DNA of 64,000 bases from Candidatus Saccharimonadia bacterium. Its GTDB lineage: Bacteria; Patescibacteriota; Saccharimonadia; CAILAD01; BJGX01. Every line of letters starts with the position of its first letter. The stretch's first letter is position 1. Position numbers and translations under genes: made by a program. The stretch covers positions 106-64,105 of the forward strand of contig JBCLLN010000002.1 in NCBI GenBank assembly GCA_039738635.1. The letters run 5' to 3'. Under the pieces are notes generated by a model. It was given only the letters and a program-made list of their open reading frames with translations. It searched no databases and was not told the origin of the DNA. Positions 1-9,303 of the stretch are shown here, piece by piece.

Positions 1-72
1 GGGTAGTGTTCTTAAAGCCCAGACGCTAGTTTGAAGCCCCCGACTATCTGAATAATCTTTAAAAATCAAATA
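1..72 (+). repeat. Inverted-repeat copy 1 (partner at 1672..1743). Possibly the 3' end of a structured RNA entering from upstream of the window.
   Basis: By eye, 1..72 aligns to the reverse complement of 1672..1743 at roughly 80% identity. Shared blocks are tttgaagccc, ccgactatctgaa and aaaaatcaaata. There is a loose resemblance to the 3'-terminal helices of bacterial 23S rRNA, which is unverified. Confidence 0.5.
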
Positions 73-111
73 AAGCCTTTGCTTTCTGGTTTGGCAGGAT
101 TAGGATTACCG

Positions 112-145
112 CCGTGCGGGAGGAATCCGCGCGGGCTTGTTTTTG
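112..145 (+). terminator. Intrinsic terminator-like hairpin
   Basis: ccgtgcgg (112-119) pairs with ccgcgcgg (127-134) as an 8-bp stem with one G-U pair and a 7-nt loop. It is followed by gcttgttttt. Confidence 0.55.
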
Positions 146-227
146 AATTTTTCAACGAGCAGGCAGTAATAAAAATAATTCTAAAATAAAAAATGAGGTT
201 TGTTTCTGATAATAAGATAAAATCACA

Positions 228-233
228 TATAAT
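228..233 (+). promoter_or_regulatory. -10 box TATAAT placed 6 nt upstream of ATG 240 (leaderless-type promoter)
   Basis: The sequence is cacaTATAATaggtatATG. There is no Shine-Dalgarno sequence between the box and the start. Confidence 0.5.
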
Positions 234-239
234 AGGTAT

Positions 240-911
240 ATGATTCGGAGTTTTATTCTAAAATTATTAGCGATAACTGCAGCAGGAATTGTTTTCTTTT
301 TTCTTATATTTGGTATTTACTTTATACATAAATTTTATAATAGTATTTTCAGATTATCATTCCACCAAGTTTCCAGTTCCTTAACTACAAAAATATCTCA
401 ATGTGAAAAAATAAGTGATTGCAAATTATTACCTGGTGACATTCTAATTCGCCGATATATTACACCAAAAACATGGGTTTTTAATAAATTTGCTCATCCA
501 TATTTCACACACTCAGCATTTTACTTAAGTGACGACCAAATTATAGAAGCGATTGGCACAGAAAAAGACCATAAAGATGAAATCCAAATTTTAAAACTTT
601 CAAAAAGTGGTTGGCTAGACAGTGACATAGAAAGTTTTGTTATTGTGAGGCCTAAATATACTGATGAAAAATTAGACCAGATAAAAAGAAATTTAACTGC
701 GATTGCAAATGACCCAAATTATAGATTTGGACTACCACAGTTCGGGGATAAGCAGGCAACATGTGCCGATCTTATACTTGAACAATTACTTAATGAAAAA
801 ATTACTACTACATCTAATACACCAAAAATAGTAACTCCCGACTATTTATTTTGGTTAGCTGTAAGCAATCCAAATAATTTTGAGATTATTGGATATAGTA
901 TCCATAAATAG
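240..911 (+). CDS. Membrane-anchored permuted papain-like (YiiX/YaeF-type) amidase-like protein
   Basis: An N-terminal hydrophobic helix is followed by LPGDILIRRY, HSAFYL and a late ATCADLIL. The His-before-Cys order is typical of the permuted NlpC/P60-like YiiX family. Motif-level recognition only. Confidence 0.45.
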   Translation: MIRSFILKLLAITAAGIVFFFLIFGIYFIHKFYNSIFRLSFHQVSSSLTTKISQCEKISDCKLLPGDILIRRYITPKTWVFNKFAHPYFTHSAFYLSDDQIIEAIGTEKDHKDEIQILKLSKSGWLDSDIESFVIVRPKYTDEKLDQIKRNLTAIANDPNYRFGLPQFGDKQATCADLILEQLLNEKITTTSNTPKIVTPDYLFWLAVSNPNNFEIIGYSIHK

Positions 912-914
912 CAT

Positions 915-1364
915 TTATCGACTTATTATGAAAAGCCAAAGACTACCTACTATTAAAACTGGTAGTGGTGACAAAAGTAAGACAAATTTCGGACTCCATT
1001 TTTTGGAATAAATACCGACAGTGTAAAAGATAGCAAAAATAACTGCTGACAAACCAAAACCAAAACCAAAAATATAAGGCACAAATTCACAAAATTTACC
1101 AGTACATGTGTAGAAATCATATACAAAATATGGTAGTGATAAGAGTAGTAAAATAGGTATGCCATATCCAAAATAATTTTTCTTTTGACTGTTTGATTGA
1201 GAAATAAGGATTGGAACGGCTGTCGCAAAAATAGACAAGGCAAGTACTATAAAATGCCACCATGATAACTCGCTTGATTCAGTAGTAATCAATAGAATAA
1301 TAGTACCAATATTCATTAGTAGCACCATTATCCAATTATAAAAAGGTCTTTTGTCTGTTTCCAT
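915..1364 (-). CDS. Hypothetical polytopic membrane protein
   Basis: 149-aa ORF with several long hydrophobic segments and no recognisable motif. Confidence 0.5.
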   Translation of the reverse strand: METDKRPFYNWIMVLLMNIGTIILLITTESSELSWWHFIVLALSIFATAVPILISQSNSQKKNYFGYGIPILLLLSLPYFVYDFYTCTGKFCEFVPYIFGFGFGLSAVIFAIFYTVGIYSKKWSPKFVLLLSPLPVLIVGSLWLFIISR

Positions 1365-1510
1365 AAAAAATATGTTTAATACTAATAAAACGAACTATTT
1401 TAGTTTACTGTATTGACTATACCATATTTCTAGTAAAAAAGTTATGGCTGTCAAAAGTAATAACTAAATAAAATAATAATTATTATATTACTTATGCCAG
1501 TAAGGCATTT

Positions 1511-1552
1511 GTTACTTTTAAATACCCCAAAAGTAACTAAAAGGGTTTCCGA
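1511..1552. repeat. Dispersed hairpin element (copy of 63494..63535, opposite orientation)
   Basis: gttacttttaaataccccaaaagtaac has a 9-bp stem. With the flank taaaagggtttccga it is the reverse complement of tcggaaatccttttgGTTACTTTTGGGGTATTTAAAAGTAAC at 63494..63535, with 2 mismatches in the flank. Confidence 0.7.
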
Positions 1553-1671
1553 CTGCTAAACAATACATAAGCAATCAACAATATTCTTCTTTCTGTTTTT
1601 TCAGAACGATTCTTTAAGGAATCGGTCCAGCCCAGCTGGACTTGGCTGAAAATAACCATAAGTAAAGAACA

Positions 1672-1743
1672 TATTTGATTTTTCTGATTCTTCAGATAGT
1701 CGGAGGGCTTCAAACGCAGCTTGGGCCTTAGAACATCTATCCC
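1672..1743 (-). repeat. Inverted-repeat copy 2 (partner at 1..72), inside a ~230-nt non-coding, structure-rich segment downstream of rpsI
   Basis: This is the reverse complement of the copy at the window start. Upstream on the minus strand a long imperfect hairpin is visible (ccttatttatgaag ... cttcataataagg, about 1765..1845). The segment ctgcccgactgtagctcacatctagaagc resembles a degenerate 23S CTGCCCGGTAGCT...GCATCTAAGC block. Confidence 0.5.
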
Positions 1744-1902
1744 CCCGACATCGAACATCAGAAAATGAGTAGATGTTTTATACTCCTTATTATGAAGCTG
1801 TTTGAGCTTGATACGAAAGTACTAAAGCGAGTTCTTCATAAATAAGGAAATAAAATTTCTATGAATGCTTCTAGATGTGAGCTACAGTCGGGCAGTTTTG
1901 TA

Positions 1903-1924
1903 TTACTTTTGGTGGCAAAAGTAA
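1903..1924 (-). repeat. Hairpin just downstream of the rpsI stop (variant of the dispersed hairpin); possible terminator
   Basis: ttacttttg gtgg caaaagtaa forms a 9-bp stem 9 nt after the rpsI stop. No U-tract follows it. Confidence 0.35.
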
Positions 1925-1932
1925 TGAAATAC

Positions 1933-2349
1933 TTAGCGCTTGGAGAACTGAGGAGCTTTGCGGGCCTTGCGGAGTCCTGGCTTTTTGCGCTCTTTCTTGC
2001 GAGGATCACGGGTGAGATAGCCATGTTTTTTAAGACTTGTTCTAAAATCTTCGCTCATTTCCACTAGTGCCCTAGAAATACCTAGCCTAATAGCATCAGA
2101 TTGACCTCTTAGCCCACCGCCATCAACCTTAACTTCTACATCAAGCTCCTTGGTTTTGGAAAGTAAAACTAGTGGAGCCCTGAGGCTATGGACATAAGTT
2201 TCGTTGGCTAAAAAGTAGTCATCAGCAGATCTTTCATTGATTGTAATAAGGCCCTTGCCTTTTAATAGCTTGACCACAGCTACGGATTGCTTACGGCGCC
2301 CGATGGCTCGGTAATAATGTTTCTTGGTGGTGGTAGTTTGTTCTGCCAT
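1933..2349 (-). CDS. rpsI: 30S ribosomal protein S9
   Basis: The translation is a typical S9 with C-terminus ...RKARKAPQFSKR, and the gene follows rplM. Confidence 0.95.
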   Translation of the reverse strand: MAEQTTTTKKHYYRAIGRRKQSVAVVKLLKGKGLITINERSADDYFLANETYVHSLRAPLVLLSKTKELDVEVKVDGGGLRGQSDAIRLGISRALVEMSEDFRTSLKKHGYLTRDPRKKERKKPGLRKARKAPQFSKR

Positions 2350-2350
2350 T

Positions 2351-2785
2351 TTAGATCTCCAACTTAATTATTTCTGGCTGCTGGGCTTCATGCTTATGTT
2401 CTGCAGTTGCATAAACCTTGAGGTTTTTTAGCATTCCGTCACGGAGTTTATTTTTAGGCAACATTCCAGCTACTGCATGCTCAATAACTCTATTGGGGTG
2501 CTTTTGAAGCATCTCTGCTAGGCTTGTTTCCTTAATCCCGCCCGGATAGCCACTATGCCGATAGTAGAACTTGTCAGTGAGCTTATTGCCGGTAACTTTT
2601 ATTTTGGCGCAATTAGTAATAATTACTACATCTCCCGTGATGATATGAGGAGTATAGCTAGGTTTGTGCTTACCCATTAAAATCTCAGCTACTCTGGTGC
2701 TTAGTCTCCCCAGAGTTAAGCCTTTGGCGTCTATTAAGTACCATTTTTGGTGAACATCGCCTGGTTTGGCTGAAAATGTCTTCAT
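2351..2785 (-). CDS. rplM: 50S ribosomal protein L13
   Basis: The translation MKTFSAKPGDVHQKWYLIDAKG... is a typical L13 N-terminus. The rplM-rpsI pair is conserved. Confidence 0.95.
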   Translation of the reverse strand: MKTFSAKPGDVHQKWYLIDAKGLTLGRLSTRVAEILMGKHKPSYTPHIITGDVVIITNCAKIKVTGNKLTDKFYYRHSGYPGGIKETSLAEMLQKHPNRVIEHAVAGMLPKNKLRDGMLKNLKVYATAEHKHEAQQPEIIKLEI

Positions 2786-3264
2786 TTGCTAGCCCCTTTT
2801 GCTACTTTGGCCTTAGAGGCACTTTTAACTGCTTTGGGTGCCGACTTAGCCTGCTTACCAGCGCTGGGCTTAGCCTTGGCTTCTGGCGGGGTAGCGCTGT
2901 AGTCTTTATCTAGTATTAGCTCTACTACGGCCATACTAGCACCATCGCCTAACCTACTACCAGTCTTTATGACTCTAGTATAGCCACTACTTCGTTGCTT
3001 AAAGCCGTTTATTAGCTCCGTATTGAGCTTTTCGGCGGCAACTGGGTTAATTGTGGTACTTAAGATTTGGCGATAATTATGTAAATCGTGCTTCTTGGCC
3101 TTGGTCACTAGCTTATCAAAGTTGCGGGCTAATTCTTTAGCCTTAATTTCGGTAGTCTCAACTCTTTCATAGAGAATTAAAGAATCGATTAAGCCTCGGA
3201 TCAACGCTCGGCGTGGTCCTGTTGCTCTTGAAAGTTTCTTTCCGATGTAGCTATGTCGATGCAT
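2782..3264 (-). CDS. rplQ: 50S ribosomal protein L17 with a Lys/Ala-rich C-terminal tail
   Basis: MHRHSYIGKKLSRATGPRRALIRGL... is a typical L17 N-terminus and the gene follows rpoA. The tail reads AKAKPSAGKQAKSAPKAVKSASKAKVAKGASK. Confidence 0.95.
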   Translation of the reverse strand: MHRHSYIGKKLSRATGPRRALIRGLIDSLILYERVETTEIKAKELARNFDKLVTKAKKHDLHNYRQILSTTINPVAAEKLNTELINGFKQRSSGYTRVIKTGSRLGDGASMAVVELILDKDYSATPPEAKAKPSAGKQAKSAPKAVKSASKAKVAKGASK

Positions 3265-3284
3265 AATATATTTTTAACTATCCC

Positions 3285-4229
3285 CTATTCACCTAGGGCG
3301 TCCTGCCCTACCCCAAGTTCATTAAGCTTTTCTATGACTTCTTCTTGAGCTTTAGCTCCAAAGCCCTTAAGGTCTTTAAGGTCAGCCGATGTGAAATCCA
3401 TCAGATCCTTAATAGTCTTGATCTCGTTATTGATTAAGGCATTAGTTGTTCTGGGGCTGAAATTAACCTCATCTACTCCTATTTGCGCCATATCGGCCTC
3501 TGCCCGCTCGGTAGCGGTCATAATGCCTCCACTGCCTACTGAGACGACATCGTGTCCAGCTAATACCTGGAAGTGCCCTACAAGTACCTCGGCGGACTGC
3601 ATGACAGCCTCTCGTGGCGAGATAGTTCCGTCTGTCTCTACTTCTAGGACAAGCCTATCAAGATTAGTCATTTGCCCAACACGAGTGTTCTGGACATTAT
3701 ATCGAACTCTCCTAATAGGTGTGTAAATAGCGTCAATAGCTATCATGCCTACTGGAAGTTTTTCGGCATTTCGGCTTTCTACTGGTGCATAGCCACGGCC
3801 TTGCTCAACCTTTAATTCAATTTCTAACTTTGCTTTGGTGTTGTCTATGTGAGCAATAATCAGGTCTGGGTTAACAACCTCAACATCATTATTAACGGTG
3901 ATATCGCCAGCCTTCACAACACCCCCAGTTTTTTTAAGAATGAGCATTACAGGCTCTTCGTTAGGATTTTTAAAGCGGACTTGTTTGAGGTTAAGGATAA
4001 TCTCAATCATATCCTCCTGAATGCCAGCAATAGTTGAGAATTCATGGCTAGCACCTTCAATTTTGACTGCTGTAATCGCACTTCCTGCTAGGCTAGATAA
4101 TAATACCCGACGGATTGAGTTTCCTAAAGTCATTCCATAGCCTGGATGAAGTGGCTCTAGCATAAACACTGCTGAGTTATCGGTTGTTTTTTCTTCTTTT
4201 AATTCTGGTAGGTTGATGTCGTATAACAT
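3285..4229 (-). CDS. rpoA: DNA-directed RNA polymerase subunit alpha
   Basis: 314 aa. The N-terminal domain contains LEPLHPGYGMTLGNSIRRVLLSS. The C-terminal HhH domain contains FSPRTTNALINNEIKTIKDL...LKGFGAKAQEEV. Confidence 0.95.
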   Translation of the reverse strand: MLYDINLPELKEEKTTDNSAVFMLEPLHPGYGMTLGNSIRRVLLSSLAGSAITAVKIEGASHEFSTIAGIQEDMIEIILNLKQVRFKNPNEEPVMLILKKTGGVVKAGDITVNNDVEVVNPDLIIAHIDNTKAKLEIELKVEQGRGYAPVESRNAEKLPVGMIAIDAIYTPIRRVRYNVQNTRVGQMTNLDRLVLEVETDGTISPREAVMQSAEVLVGHFQVLAGHDVVSVGSGGIMTATERAEADMAQIGVDEVNFSPRTTNALINNEIKTIKDLMDFTSADLKDLKGFGAKAQEEVIEKLNELGVGQDALGE

Positions 4230-4245
4230 TGCTTCTCCTTATTAT

Positions 4246-4860
4246 TTAACGTGAATAATACTCTATAACTAATTGCTCTTGTATGTCGTGGTCCTGCTCC
4301 TCTCGCAGTGGTGTCCCCATGACTTTGGCGCTGAATTTCTTCTGGTTGAAGCTAAGCCAGCTAGGCAAAGTTTGGTTAGGGTCCATACTGTCTTTGAGGG
4401 CAACAAAATAAGTGGTTTTAAGGCTAGCTTCACGGATGGTAATTTCGTCTTTTGGTGATACTAGAATGGATGGGATATCAACTCTAGTGCCATTGACGAC
4501 AACATGTCCGTGACTAACTATTTGGCGGGCTGATGGTCTAGATGGGGCGATTCCAAGCCGGTAAATGACATTGTCAAGTCGGCACTCTAGTAGCTGTAAA
4601 AGGTTTTCCCCAGTAACGCCCTTCATTTTTTCAGCTTTATGAATGTAGCGCCTAAATTGCTTTTCTAATATCCCATATATTCGCTTAACTTTTTGTTTCT
4701 CTCGAAGCTGGAGTGAATAATCACTTGGCTTAGACCGTCTGGCCTGGCCATGCTGGCCTGGTGGATAATTACGACGAGTTAGGGCTTTAATGGCCTTGGG
4801 ATGGGTGGCTGTGCCTTCACGGCGAGCAATCTTGACGGCTGGAGTTAAATTACGTGCCAT
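4246..4860 (-). CDS. rpsD: 30S ribosomal protein S4
   Basis: Typical S4 sequence (YSLQLREKQKVKRIYG; S4 RNA-binding domain) in the rpsM-rpsK-rpsD-rpoA order. Confidence 0.95.
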   Translation of the reverse strand: MARNLTPAVKIARREGTATHPKAIKALTRRNYPPGQHGQARRSKPSDYSLQLREKQKVKRIYGILEKQFRRYIHKAEKMKGVTGENLLQLLECRLDNVIYRLGIAPSRPSARQIVSHGHVVVNGTRVDIPSILVSPKDEITIREASLKTTYFVALKDSMDPNQTLPSWLSFNQKKFSAKVMGTPLREEQDHDIQEQLVIEYYSR

Positions 4861-4862
4861 CG

Positions 4863-5255
4863 CTATACTCTCCTAGCTTTCCGGGGACGACAGCCATTAT
4901 GTGGAATGCCTGTCTCGTCTTTGATGGAATTAACACTAATGCCTGATCCTTGGAGGGCTCGGATTGCCGACTCTCTACCTCCACCAATTCCTTTGATTAT
5001 CACTTCGACACTGCTCATACCGCAGTCCTTGCAGACTCCCACGGCTTTCTCGGCGGCCATCTGGGCTGCATAAGGGGTACTTTTTCTTGATCCCTTAAAT
5101 CCGGCCGATCCTGATGAAGCCCAGCTTATCACTGCACCTTTTTCGTCAGTTATAGTGATGATGGTGTTGTTAAAGCTAGAGTGGATGTGCACTATACCCT
5201 TGGGTATTGTGCGCTTTTGCTTCTTCTTGCGGATTTTGGTAGTTGGTTTGCTCAT
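4863..5255 (-). CDS. rpsK: 30S ribosomal protein S11
   Basis: Typical S11 ([18 protein letters not shown]...[13 protein letters not shown]). Confidence 0.95.
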   Translation of the reverse strand: MSKPTTKIRKKKQKRTIPKGIVHIHSSFNNTIITITDEKGAVISWASSGSAGFKGSRKSTPYAAQMAAEKAVGVCKDCGMSSVEVIIKGIGGGRESAIRALQGSGISVNSIKDETGIPHNGCRPRKARRV

Positions 5256-5272
5256 ATATTTATACTGCTTTT

Positions 5273-5659
5273 TTAAGTTTTAGCTGATGATTTCTTTCTT
5301 CCGCTACCTACGGTGACTTTTTTGCCACGCTTTGTTCGGGCGTTGGTCTTGGTGCGCTGACCTCTTGATGGTAGCCCGGCACTATGTCTTAATCCTCGAT
5401 ATGCCTTAATTTCCTTAAGTCTTTTGATATTGCCTGTCACAATTCTGGATAAATCAGCCTCAACAACAAGGTTCTTGGCGATATATTCGCGGATTTTGGA
5501 CTGGTCTGCTTCGGTCATATCCTTGACTCTAATATTGGGGTCAATATCAAGCTCACCAAGGGCTTTTTGACTAGTCTTTAGCCCGATACCATAAATATAG
5601 GTTAGGGCCACTTCAAGACGTTTTTCGGCAGGGATGTTTGTTCCCGCTATCCTAGCCAT
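5273..5659 (-). CDS. rpsM: 30S ribosomal protein S13
   Basis: Typical S13 ([10 protein letters not shown]...[21 protein letters not shown]). Confidence 0.95.
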   Translation of the reverse strand: MARIAGTNIPAEKRLEVALTYIYGIGLKTSQKALGELDIDPNIRVKDMTEADQSKIREYIAKNLVVEADLSRIVTGNIKRLKEIKAYRGLRHSAGLPSRGQRTKTNARTKRGKKVTVGSGRKKSSAKT

Positions 5660-5773
5660 CTAGCCCTGCCTCTGTTTGTGCTTTGGATTATCACAAATAA
5701 CCCGCACAACCCTTTTGCGCACGACCACTTTGCATTTAGCACAGATTTTTTTAACACTAGCACGAACCTTCAA
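5660..5773 (-). CDS. rpmJ: 50S ribosomal protein L36 (absent from the ORF track because it is under 60 aa; TTG start)
   Basis: My hand translation of the minus strand gives (M)[35 protein letters not shown] followed by a stop. The stop abuts the rpsM start. AGGAG lies about 7 nt upstream of the TTG. Confidence 0.9.
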   Translation of the reverse strand: MKVRASVKKICAKCKVVVRKRVVRVICDNPKHKQRQG

Positions 5774-5783
5774 TAGCCTACTC

Positions 5784-6005
5784 CTACTTATGACGGAATG
5801 TTATCCGACCTTTAGATAAATCATATGGGGTCATTTCAATCGTGACCTTATCGCCAGGCAATATTTTAATATAATGCATGCGCATTTTCCCAGAAATATG
5901 CGCCAAAATCACATGCCCATTTTCTAGTTCTACTTTGAAATGAGCATTGGGCAACGCTTCTACAACGCTACCCTCAGCTTCGATTACTTCCTTTGTATTT
6001 GCCAT
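5784..6005 (-). CDS. infA: Translation initiation factor IF-1
   Basis: 73 aa with a typical IF-1 S1-like fold sequence ([25 protein letters not shown]). Confidence 0.95.
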   Translation of the reverse strand: MANTKEVIEAEGSVVEALPNAHFKVELENGHVILAHISGKMRMHYIKILPGDKVTIEMTPYDLSKGRITFRHK

Positions 6006-6111
6006 AGATTAAAGTTACTAGATGTAATTATAGACGAGATGGGCTAATCTGTAAAGGGTTTTACTGGACTTAAATAGAAATTGGATAATAAACTATTTTC
6101 TGCTAGCACCG

Positions 6112-7428
6112 CTAATATTTATCATAAGTAGCCATTAAGGCTAGCGACTTGAGCTGCTTAACGGTCTCAATAATTACCGCCACAATAATAAGTAGGCTAA
6201 TACCACCGATAGTGATGGCCTGGGAGGTCTTAAAGACAGCCTCCACAATAAAAGGCAGTATAGCAACCAGCCCCAGTGCTAGAGAGCCAGTAAATGTAAT
6301 CCTGGTGATGATTGTCTTGAGGTATTTGGCAGTTTCTTCTCCTGGTCGGACTCCTGGCACAAAGCCACCTTGCTTCTGAAGGTTCTCGGCTATTTCGTCG
6401 GGCTTAAATATAATGGCCGTATAAAAGTAGGTAAATGCTACCACTAATATAAAATATGCTACCGCATAGACCCAACTAGATGGCGAGAAAAGATTGGTCA
6501 GCGTCTGAGCAAAAGACGCCAGCCACTGGGTTTTAGAGCTAGAAAATAGCTGAGCTAAAAAAGTAGGGATTGATAAAAAGGCTAGAGCAAATATAATTGG
6601 TATCACCCCGGCTGTTATGACGCGCAGTGGCAGGTGCGTGTCAACACCACTATAGGCCTGGGCATTAGAAGACCTCCTGGCATAAGAGATTGGAATATTA
6701 CGCTGGCCTTCATTTAAATAAACTATAAAAATTACTGTAGCAACGGCAATTAAGCCTACCACTGCGATGCCAACTAGCCTGCCCGAGTCGGACTGGACTA
6801 AGCTAAATTGCGATGTCAGCATAGTCGGCAAGGTAGAGACAATACCAAATAATATAATCATTGAGATGCCATTACCAACCCCTCTCGTCGTGATAAGCTC
6901 CCCAAACCACATCAGAATCATAGAGCCGGCGACAATAACTGAGACCATTAATGTCCACTGGAATATCGTTGGGTTACCTATCAAATCAATACCAAGCGAC
7001 TGGGTAGATAAGCTACGAACCAAAACGATCATAGCCACACCCTGGACTATTGCCAGAGGGAGCGTCAGTATCCGCGTATAGAAATTGATTTTGTTTCTGC
7101 CAGCCTCACCTTCTTTTGATAGGGCCTTTAGCTCGGGTGTCACTTGGGTCAGAAGTTGAATAATAATAGAGGCATTAATATATGGGCCTAGGCCCATTAG
7201 AAGTATCGAGAAGCTTGAAAGAGCCCCACCTGAGAATAAATCTACAAAGCCCAGTAAAGAGTTGGATTGGAATATCTTAGCTAGGAATAATTGTAGCTTA
7301 GCGCTATCAGCCACAGGAATTGGTATTTGGGATAAGAGGCTATAGGCAACCATCAGAGCAAGCACCACTAGCACTCGCTTGCGCAATGTTGGGTTCTTAT
7401 AAAGCTGTAGTAAGGTTTCTTTTTTCAT
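6112..7428 (-). CDS. secY: Preprotein translocase subunit SecY
   Basis: 438 aa with ten hydrophobic segments and a typical SecY position after rplO. Confidence 0.95.
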   Translation of the reverse strand: MKKETLLQLYKNPTLRKRVLVVLALMVAYSLLSQIPIPVADSAKLQLFLAKIFQSNSLLGFVDLFSGGALSSFSILLMGLGPYINASIIIQLLTQVTPELKALSKEGEAGRNKINFYTRILTLPLAIVQGVAMIVLVRSLSTQSLGIDLIGNPTIFQWTLMVSVIVAGSMILMWFGELITTRGVGNGISMIILFGIVSTLPTMLTSQFSLVQSDSGRLVGIAVVGLIAVATVIFIVYLNEGQRNIPISYARRSSNAQAYSGVDTHLPLRVITAGVIPIIFALAFLSIPTFLAQLFSSSKTQWLASFAQTLTNLFSPSSWVYAVAYFILVVAFTYFYTAIIFKPDEIAENLQKQGGFVPGVRPGEETAKYLKTIITRITFTGSLALGLVAILPFIVEAVFKTSQAITIGGISLLIIVAVIIETVKQLKSLALMATYDKY

Positions 7429-7443
7429 TACCCCCCGATTCTA

Positions 7444-7926
7444 TTATTGCTGCGGTTTTTTGCTATTTGGTTTTGGCTCTGGCTTGGGTTTAGCAGTTAA
7501 AATAACCTTGCCGCCAGCCTTTTGAATTGCCGCAGTAGCCGAGGCCGAGGCCTTATCAACGCTAATAGTTACGGCAAGCTTTATTGTACCATTACCTAGA
7601 AGCTTAGTAGGACCTTTGAGATGGCGAATTAAGCCAACTTTATTGAGCACCTTGGCATCGACAGAGTTAACGGCCAAGCTCTCTATGTCTGATAAGTTAA
7701 TAACTTGATAAGTAATTCTATTTAAAGGTTTAAAGCCACGCTCTTTAGGCAGCCGTTGGGCAAGCTTGGTCTGACCGCCCTCAAATCCTGGCTTAAACTT
7801 ACTGCCAGCTCTAGAGTTTTGGCCTTTCGTGCCTCGCCCTGCTGTCTTGCCCTGTCCAGCACTAATTCCTCGTCCAACTCTCTTAATGGTCTTATTCCTG
7901 GTGGTATTGAGTTCATGAACTTTCAT
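7444..7926 (-). CDS. rplO: 50S ribosomal protein L15
   Basis: Typical L15 (KRVGRGISAGQGKTAGRGTKGQ). Its start abuts the S5 stop, with no L30 gene between. Confidence 0.95.
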   Translation of the reverse strand: MKVHELNTTRNKTIKRVGRGISAGQGKTAGRGTKGQNSRAGSKFKPGFEGGQTKLAQRLPKERGFKPLNRITYQVINLSDIESLAVNSVDAKVLNKVGLIRHLKGPTKLLGNGTIKLAVTISVDKASASATAAIQKAGGKVILTAKPKPEPKPNSKKPQQ

Positions 7927-8420
7927 TAGATTTTCTCCTCAACCCTAGCGACCCTGGCCTTAAGCTGAGAAAGTGCTTCTACAGTAGCATATGAATTATT
8001 GATTTTATTTGTTGAGCCTAGCGACTTTGTTAGGACATCCTTAACACCAGCTGCTTCTAGCACGGCGCGAACAGCTCCGCCAGCAATTACACCAGTACCT
8101 GGGTGGGCTGGCTTGAGCAAAACAACTGCTCCACTAAAAGTAACTTGTACTTCGTGAGGTATAGTGTTGCCATTGAGGGCAAAATCAATCATGTCTTTTT
8201 TGGCTCTTGTAATCGCCTTCATAATAGAAGTTGGAGCGTCCTTGCCTTTACCAACTCCAACGCCAACTCGACCCTTGTTATTGCCAACTACGGCAGTTGC
8301 TCTAAACCTAAATCGTCGTCCACCCTTAACAACACGAGTTACGCGATCAAGTGCGATGATTCGCTCGTCAAATTCTGGTACTTCACGGTTATTAGTACGA
8401 TTATTGAAATTGTTATTCAT
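7926..8420 (-). CDS. rpsE: 30S ribosomal protein S5 (start trimmed to the ATG at 8420)
   Basis: Typical S5 core ([21 protein letters not shown]). The track ORF extends to 8501 from a TTG inside rplR. The internal MNNNFNN start sits right after the rplR stop. Confidence 0.9.
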   Translation of the reverse strand: MNNNFNNRTNNREVPEFDERIIALDRVTRVVKGGRRFRFRATAVVGNNKGRVGVGVGKGKDAPTSIMKAITRAKKDMIDFALNGNTIPHEVQVTFSGAVVLLKPAHPGTGVIAGGAVRAVLEAAGVKDVLTKSLGSTNKINNSYATVEALSQLKARVARVEEKI

Positions 8421-8421
8421 T

Positions 8422-8757
8422 TTAAAACTCCAATCCTTCTTTACGGGCAGATTCAGCAAAAGCTTTAACTCTACCATGATAAATTTTACCGCCACGATCA
8501 AAAACCACTTGCCCTACTTTGGCTTTCTTGCCAGCTTGAGCTATCTGCTGGCCAAGCCAAATAGCTTTCTCACTCATACTCTTAGAATCTAGCTCTTTAT
8601 TAGATTCGGTGGTGGCGTAGGCGATTGTTTGAGCGGTTGAGTCAATTACTAACTGGGCGCGCAGATGCTTTTTGGAGATAGCCAAGCAAAGTCTAGGCCG
8701 AGTCTTACTACCAGATATTTTAGCGCGTATTCTACGGACTGATTTAATATTTCTCAT
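8422..8757 (-). CDS. rplR: 50S ribosomal protein L18
   Basis: Typical L18 (RPRLCLAISKKHLRAQLVID...FDRGGKIYHGRVKAFAESARKEGLEF). Confidence 0.95.
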   Translation of the reverse strand: MRNIKSVRRIRAKISGSKTRPRLCLAISKKHLRAQLVIDSTAQTIAYATTESNKELDSKSMSEKAIWLGQQIAQAGKKAKVGQVVFDRGGKIYHGRVKAFAESARKEGLEF

Positions 8758-9302
8758 TCTGAACCTCCCTTAGCGGCTGTTTTGCCAGCTTTGCGCCTGA
8801 CATACTCACCGACATAACGAATTCCTTTGCCCTTATAGGGCTCTGGCTTTTTTAAGACTCTAATATTGGCAGCTGCCTCACCGACCTGTTGCTTGTCATA
8901 GCCTGTAACGGTAATTATATTTTGATTAACAGTAACTAGCACCTCTGCTGGTGGGGTGTATGCTACGGGGTGAGAGAATCCTAAGCTCATCTCCAGGACA
9001 GTGCCTTTCATTTGAGCTCTAAAGCCCACACCCTTCAGCTCTAATTGCTTGCTATATCCCTCGGATACCCCTATAACCATATTAGCAATTAGCGTCCTTT
9101 GTAGGCCATACTGCTTCTGGGTGTCTGAGTTTTGGACTTTTTGAGTAACTAGTAATTGTGAGTCTTGTTTTTTAACTTCAAGACCTTTGAGTATTTTAGT
9201 TGATAACTCACCTTTCAATCCCTTAACTACTACATTCCCAGAATCAACGGTTACATCAACTCCCTCTGGCACGATAATAGGCGCTCGGCCGATTCTACTC
9301 AT
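8754..9302 (-). CDS. rplF: 50S ribosomal protein L6
   Basis: Typical L6 (MSRIGRAPIIVPEGVDV...). Confidence 0.95.
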   Translation of the reverse strand: MSRIGRAPIIVPEGVDVTVDSGNVVVKGLKGELSTKILKGLEVKKQDSQLLVTQKVQNSDTQKQYGLQRTLIANMVIGVSEGYSKQLELKGVGFRAQMKGTVLEMSLGFSHPVAYTPPAEVLVTVNQNIITVTGYDKQQVGEAAANIRVLKKPEPYKGKGIRYVGEYVRRKAGKTAAKGGSE

Positions 9303-9303
9303 C

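Noticed and set aside
1537-2067. Track ORFs at 1537..1758, 1836..2024 and 1861..2067 in the gap after rpsI.
   Set aside because: They overlap the inverted repeat and structured non-coding segment, or the rpsI 3' end. They have odd composition and no start context, so they are unlikely to be genes.
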